NCBI GenBank assembly: GCA_965283765.1
Contig: CBDIPU010000024.1
Location: 4,701-68,700 of the forward strand
Direction: 5' to 3'
From: Caulobacteraceae bacterium
GTDB lineage: Bacteria > Pseudomonadota > Alphaproteobacteria > Caulobacterales > Caulobacteraceae
DNA length: 64,000 bases
The notes below the pieces were generated by a model that was not told where the DNA came from, searched no databases, and saw only the letters and a program-made list of their open reading frames with translations. Each line of letters starts with the position of its first letter. Position 1 is the first letter of the stretch. Below, piece by piece: positions 59,193 through 64,000 of the stretch. The position numbers and the translations under genes were made by a program.

Positions 59193-60446
59193 ATGACCGC
59201 ATTTCAAGACCTGGGCCGGCGCGGCTTCCTGGCCGGCGCCGCGGCGAGCGCGGCCGCGATGGGCGCGCCCGCTTGGGCCCGGCAGCCCGGCGTCAAGAAG
59301 ATGACCGACGGCGTCGCCCTGATCGGCCCGGCCGAGCGCCAGGCGCGGCTGGAACGCGCCCAGGCCCTGATGGTCAAGCTGGGCCTGTCGGCGATCGTCA
59401 CCGAGCCGGGCTCGTCGATGGACTACTTCACCGGCGCGCAATGGAGCCGCAGCGAGCGGCCGTGCCTGGCGATCATCCCGCGCGAGGGCCAGGTCGGCAT
59501 GGTCGTGCCGAAGTTCGAGGAACCCTCGATCCGCCAGAGCCTGGGCGTGCCCGCCGAGGTCCGCACCTGGGAGGAGGACGAAAGCCCCTACGCGATCGCC
59601 GCTGGACTGCTGGCAGACCGCAAACTGGCGTCGGGCAAGATCGGCGTCGAGGAGACGATCCGGACCTTCATCGTCGACGGCCTGACCGGCGCCCTGCCCT
59701 CGGCCCAGGTGGTCTCGGGCGCGGCGGTGTTCCGGGGCTGCCGGATGATCAAGTTGCCGGCCGAGCTGGCCCTGATGCAGGTCGCCGCCGACATCACCGT
59801 CGCGGCCCTGCGCCACACCCACGGCAACGTCAAAGCCGGCATGGGTCCCAAGGACATCGGCGCCCTGATGGCCGAGTTCACGGTGAAGCAGGGCGCGCGG
59901 GTCAGCTTCAACCTGATCCTGATCGGCGAGGCCAGCGCCTACCCGCACGGCTCGCGTCAGCCCCAGGTGCTGGGCGAGGGCCAGGTCGTGCTGATGGACT
60001 GCGGCTGCAATGTCGGCGGCTACGAGTCGGACATCTCGCGCACCTTCGTGTTCGGCGAGCCCACCGCCCGCCAGCGCAAGGTCTGGAACGACGTCGCGCG
60101 CGGCCAGCAGGTGGCGTTCGAGGCCGCCCAGATCGGGGTCGAGGCCGGCTCGGTCGACCGCGCCGTCCGCGCCTATTACGACAGCCTCGGCTGGGGCCCG
60201 CGCTACAAGCTGCCCGGCCTGTCGCACCGCACCGGCCACGGCATCGGCATGGACGGCCACGAGCCGGTGAACTTCGTGATGTCCGAGACGACGAAGCTGG
60301 CGCCGGGCATGTGCTTCTCGGACGAGCCGGGCATCTACATCCCCGGCGAGTTCGGCGTGCGGCTGGAAGACTGCATCCACATGACCCCGCAGGGACCCCA
60401 GTGGTTCAGCAAGCCGCCAACGACGCTGGACAAGCCCATGGGCTGA
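59193..60446 (+). CDS. Tat-exported Xaa-Pro peptidase (M24)
   Basis: RRGFL Tat motif; D.G..Y.SDISRT, HRTGHGIG, EPG, GVRLED. Confidence 0.92.
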   Translation: MTAFQDLGRRGFLAGAAASAAAMGAPAWARQPGVKKMTDGVALIGPAERQARLERAQALMVKLGLSAIVTEPGSSMDYFTGAQWSRSERPCLAIIPREGQVGMVVPKFEEPSIRQSLGVPAEVRTWEEDESPYAIAAGLLADRKLASGKIGVEETIRTFIVDGLTGALPSAQVVSGAAVFRGCRMIKLPAELALMQVAADITVAALRHTHGNVKAGMGPKDIGALMAEFTVKQGARVSFNLILIGEASAYPHGSRQPQVLGEGQVVLMDCGCNVGGYESDISRTFVFGEPTARQRKVWNDVARGQQVAFEAAQIGVEAGSVDRAVRAYYDSLGWGPRYKLPGLSHRTGHGIGMDGHEPVNFVMSETTKLAPGMCFSDEPGIYIPGEFGVRLEDCIHMTPQGPQWFSKPPTTLDKPMG

Positions 60447-60656
60447 TCGAGGTCTCGCGCGCGGCGCGACCGTGGCGACTTTCCGACGGTAAAGCGGAGC
60501 CATATCGAGGCTCGATCATTTCAGATCTGCAAACCGGCGCACATGTTCGGCCTCTAGGGCACTAAGGGTCCGTCCGCTCACGACGGCGCGTTCCCTATGG
60601 GCGGCCAGTCGCCGCCCGCTCACGCCGCCCCGCGCGCGGCCGTTCGAAGGCTGACG

Positions 60657-61907
60657 ATGACTGACTTTCACGCCCCGCGTACGCCCCCGCGCCGCCGGAC
60701 GCTGATCCTTGGCGGACTGATCGCGATCCTGGCCCTGGCCGGCGTGGCCTGGCTGGCCTGGACCCTGCTGCACGGCGACAAGAGCGGCGAAGGCGGTGGT
60801 CCTGGGGGCGGCTTCGGCGGCGGCGGTCGGCGCGGTCCGGCCAGCACGGTGGCGGTGGCCACGGCCAGCGCGACGGACCTGCCGATCGTCATCGAGGCGC
60901 TGGGCACGGTGAAGCCTGCCGCGACGGTGACGGTGCGTCCTCAGGTCGGCGGTACGATCACCCAGGTGATGTTCCGTGAAGGCCAGGTGGTCCAGCGCGG
61001 CCAGGCCCTGGTCCAGATCGATCCCCGCCCGTACGAGATGGCGCTGCTGCAGGCGCAGGGGAACCAGACCCGCGACGAGGCCCAGCTGACCGCGGCCCGC
61101 CTCACCCTCGGCCGCTACCAGACCCTGCTGACCCAGGACTCGATCGCCCGGCAGGAGGTCGACACCCAGGCCGCCACGGTCAAGCAATTGGAAGGCACGG
61201 TGATGGCCGACCGCGCCGCCGTCGGCACGGCGCGCCTGAACCTTGGCTTCGCCCGTATCGTCGCGCCCGTCTCGGGCCGGGTCGGCCTGCGCGTCACGGA
61301 CGTCGGCAACTATATCGGCGCGGGCGACGCCAACGGCGTGGCGGTGATCACCACCGTCTCGCCGATCGACGTCGAATTCACCGTCCCGCAGGACGACGTC
61401 CCGCGCATCGCCGCCCGCCAGGGTCGCGCCAACGTGCCGGTCATCGCCCTGGACCGCACCCGCACCCAGACCCTGGATCGCGGCTCGTTCTCGACGCTCG
61501 ACAACATCGTGGACACCGGCACCGGCACGGTGAAGGCCAAGGCCCGCTTCCCGAACGCCGGCAACACCCTGTTCCCCAGCCAGTTCGTCAATGTCCGCAT
61601 GGAGCTGGACACCCTCAAGGGCGCGATCGTCGTGCCGGCCACGGCCGTGCGCCAGGGCGGCGACGGCGCGTTCGTGTGGCTGCTGAACAGCGACCAGACC
61701 GTCTCCAAGACCCCGGTGAAGACCGGCCAGGCGACGGGCGTCCAGGTGCAGATCACGCAAGGCCTGAAGGTCGGCGACAAGGTCATCACCGAGGGCGGCG
61801 ACCGCCTGCGCGACGGCGGCAAGGTCCAACTGCCGGGCGCCAAGCCGGCGGGGCAAGGCAAGGGCGACGGCAAGGCCCGTCGCCAGCGCCAGCAGCGTCC
61901 GGAATAG
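60657..61907 (+). CDS. mdtA: RND efflux periplasmic adaptor, MdtA-like
   Basis: TM anchor, ALGTV..VRPQVGG, IDPRPY, APVSGRVGLR. Confidence 0.88.
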   Translation: MTDFHAPRTPPRRRTLILGGLIAILALAGVAWLAWTLLHGDKSGEGGGPGGGFGGGGRRGPASTVAVATASATDLPIVIEALGTVKPAATVTVRPQVGGTITQVMFREGQVVQRGQALVQIDPRPYEMALLQAQGNQTRDEAQLTAARLTLGRYQTLLTQDSIARQEVDTQAATVKQLEGTVMADRAAVGTARLNLGFARIVAPVSGRVGLRVTDVGNYIGAGDANGVAVITTVSPIDVEFTVPQDDVPRIAARQGRANVPVIALDRTRTQTLDRGSFSTLDNIVDTGTGTVKAKARFPNAGNTLFPSQFVNVRMELDTLKGAIVVPATAVRQGGDGAFVWLLNSDQTVSKTPVKTGQATGVQVQITQGLKVGDKVITEGGDRLRDGGKVQLPGAKPAGQGKGDGKARRQRQQRPE

Positions 61908-61922
61908 TCGGGCCCAGCCGCG

Positions 61923-64000
61923 ATGAACCCCTCGCGTCCCTTCATCCAGCGGCCGGTCGCCACGGCCCTGTTCATGGCGGCCATCGTCCTGGCCGGCCTG
62001 GTCGGCTTCCGGCTGCTGCCGCTGTCGGCCCTGCCCCAGGTCGACTACCCCACCATCCAGGTCCAGACCCTGTATCCCGGGGCCAGCCCCGAGGTGATGA
62101 GCCAGACCGTCACCGCGCCGCTGGAGCGCCAGCTGGGCGAGATGTCGGGCCTGGCCAGGATGAGCTCGGTCAGCACGGCCGGGGCCTCGGTCATCACCCT
62201 GCAGTTCAATCTGGGCGAGACGCTGGACGTCGCCGAGCAGGAGGTGCAGGCCGCCATCAACGCCAGCGGCTCGCTGCTGCCGGCCGACCTGCCCGCCCCG
62301 CCGGTCTACGCCAAGGTCAACCCAGCCGACGCGCCGGTCCTGACCCTGGCCATCACCTCCGACACCCTGCCGCTGACCGAGGTGCAGAACCTCGTGAACA
62401 CCCGCCTGGCCCAGAAGATCAGCCAGGTCTCGGGCGTGGGCCTGGTGTCGCTGTCGGGCGGCCAGCGGCCGGCCATGCGCATCCAGGCCGACACCCAGGC
62501 CATGGCCAGCTACGGCCTGACCCTGTCGGACGTGCAGACCGCGATCAGCGCCGCCAACGCCAATAGCGCCAAGGGCAGCTTCGACGGCCCCACCCGCAGC
62601 TACACGATCAACGCCAACGACCAGCTGCTCAGCGTCGACGACTACCGCTCGCTGATCGTCACCTACAAGGACGGCGCGCCGATCCGCCTGTCGGACATCG
62701 CCCAGGTCGTCGAGAGCGCCGAGAACACCCGCCTGGGCGCCTGGGCCGGCAAGACCCCGGCGATCATCGTCAACGTCCAGCGACAGCCCGGCGCCAACGT
62801 CATCAAGACCGTCGACGCCATCAAGGCCAAGCTCCCCGAGCTTCAGGCCGGCCTGCCCGCCACCCTGGACGTCCAGGTGCTGGCCGACCGCACCACCGGC
62901 ATCCGCGCCTCGGTGCACCATGTCGAGATCGAGCTGCTGCTGGCCGTGGGGCTGGTGGTGCTGGTGATCTTCTTCTTCCTGCACAGCCTGCGCGCCACGG
63001 TGATCGCCAGCCTGGCCGTGCCGATCTCGCTGATCGGCTCGTGCGGGGTGATGTACCTAATGGGCTTCTCGCTGAATAACCTCTCACTGATGGCCCTGAC
63101 CATCGCCACCGGCTTCGTCGTCGACGACGCCATCGTGATGATCGAGAACATCACCCGCCACCTCGAGAAGGGCGAAAAGCCGATGGAAGCCGCGCTGAAG
63201 GGCGCGAAGGAGATCGGCTTCACGATCATCTCGCTGACCATCTCGCTGATCGCCGTGCTGATCCCGCTGCTGTTCATGGGCGACGTGGTCGGCCGCCTGT
63301 TCCGCGAATTCGCCATCAGCCTGGCCATCACCATCCTGATCTCGGCCGTGGTCTCCCTGACCCTCACCCCCATGCTGTCGGCCCGCTGGCTGAAGCCGCA
63401 CGAGGGCCAGGAGGCCAAGGGGATCAGCAAGAAAACCCAGGATCTGTTCGCCAAGGTCGAGGCCCGCTACGAGGTCGCCCTGGCCTGGGTGCTGCAGCGT
63501 CAGGTCGCGACCCTGGTCGTCGCCGTCGGCACGCTGGTCCTGACCGGCGTGCTCTACATGATCATCCCCAAAGGCCTGTTCCCCACCCAGGACACCGGCC
63601 AGCTGCAAGCCCGCACCGAGATGGCCCAATCGGTCTCCTACGACCGCATGGCGGCCCTGCAGCAGCAGGCGGCCGAGGCCATCCTGGACGATCCGGCGGT
63701 CGAGAACGTCGCTTCGTTCATCGGCGTCGACGGCGCCAACAACGCCATGCTCCACACCGGCCAGATGCAGATCAACCTGAAGGCCGATCGCTCGGGCTCG
63801 CAGGAGAAGATCATGCAGCGGCTGCGCGAACGCGTGGCCAATGTCCCCGGCGTGACGCTGTATCTCCAGCCCACCCAGGACCTGACCATCGACGCCGAGA
63901 CGGGCCCCACCCAGTACCGCCTGTCGCTGGAAGGCGCCGACACCGCCACGATCAAGGAATGGGCCGGCAAGCTCACCGCCGAACTGGCCAATCTCAAGTC
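61923..64000 (+). CDS. mdtB: RND permease, MdtB-like (runs off the window)
   Basis: [30 protein letters not shown]; [14 protein letters not shown]. Confidence 0.9.
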   Translation, partial: MNPSRPFIQRPVATALFMAAIVLAGLVGFRLLPLSALPQVDYPTIQVQTLYPGASPEVMSQTVTAPLERQLGEMSGLARMSSVSTAGASVITLQFNLGETLDVAEQEVQAAINASGSLLPADLPAPPVYAKVNPADAPVLTLAITSDTLPLTEVQNLVNTRLAQKISQVSGVGLVSLSGGQRPAMRIQADTQAMASYGLTLSDVQTAISAANANSAKGSFDGPTRSYTINANDQLLSVDDYRSLIVTYKDGAPIRLSDIAQVVESAENTRLGAWAGKTPAIIVNVQRQPGANVIKTVDAIKAKLPELQAGLPATLDVQVLADRTTGIRASVHHVEIELLLAVGLVVLVIFFFLHSLRATVIASLAVPISLIGSCGVMYLMGFSLNNLSLMALTIATGFVVDDAIVMIENITRHLEKGEKPMEAALKGAKEIGFTIISLTISLIAVLIPLLFMGDVVGRLFREFAISLAITILISAVVSLTLTPMLSARWLKPHEGQEAKGISKKTQDLFAKVEARYEVALAWVLQRQVATLVVAVGTLVLTGVLYMIIPKGLFPTQDTGQLQARTEMAQSVSYDRMAALQQQAAEAILDDPAVENVASFIGVDGANNAMLHTGQMQINLKADRSGSQEKIMQRLRERVANVPGVTLYLQPTQDLTIDAETGPTQYRLSLEGADTATIKEWAGKLTAELANLK

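Overview
GC-rich alphaproteobacterial chromosome segment, almost certainly Caulobacter: it has recognisable pleC, shpA, an RsaA-like domain, and Caulobacter-type Fur, XylR and FixK boxes. Most of it is core and nutrient-scavenging genes: ettA, three TonB-dependent receptors, lepB, peptidases, pepN-pleC, the cysG/cysI/cysH cluster, shpA, tRNA-Lys(CTT) and mdtAB. A type I R-M locus with an embedded Mrr-like nuclease lies directly after the tRNA. Several features are not obvious from the ORF track: (i) a suhB/alpha-r8-family sRNA whose promoter is overlapped by a LacI/XylR-type operator; (ii) a small RHH-like/TM/EF-hand protein; (iii) a coupled four-gene envelope operon (Sel1 lipoprotein, beta-helix protein, secreted protein, unlisted 59-aa lipoprotein); (iv) GANTC-bearing palindromic repeats that have become part of coding or translation-start sequence; (v) a BlaI/M56 pair with a visible tandem operator. 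Six genes carry 1-2 nt frameshifts, mostly in G/C runs, probably sequencing errors. All family calls come from motif recognition by eye; no searches were run.
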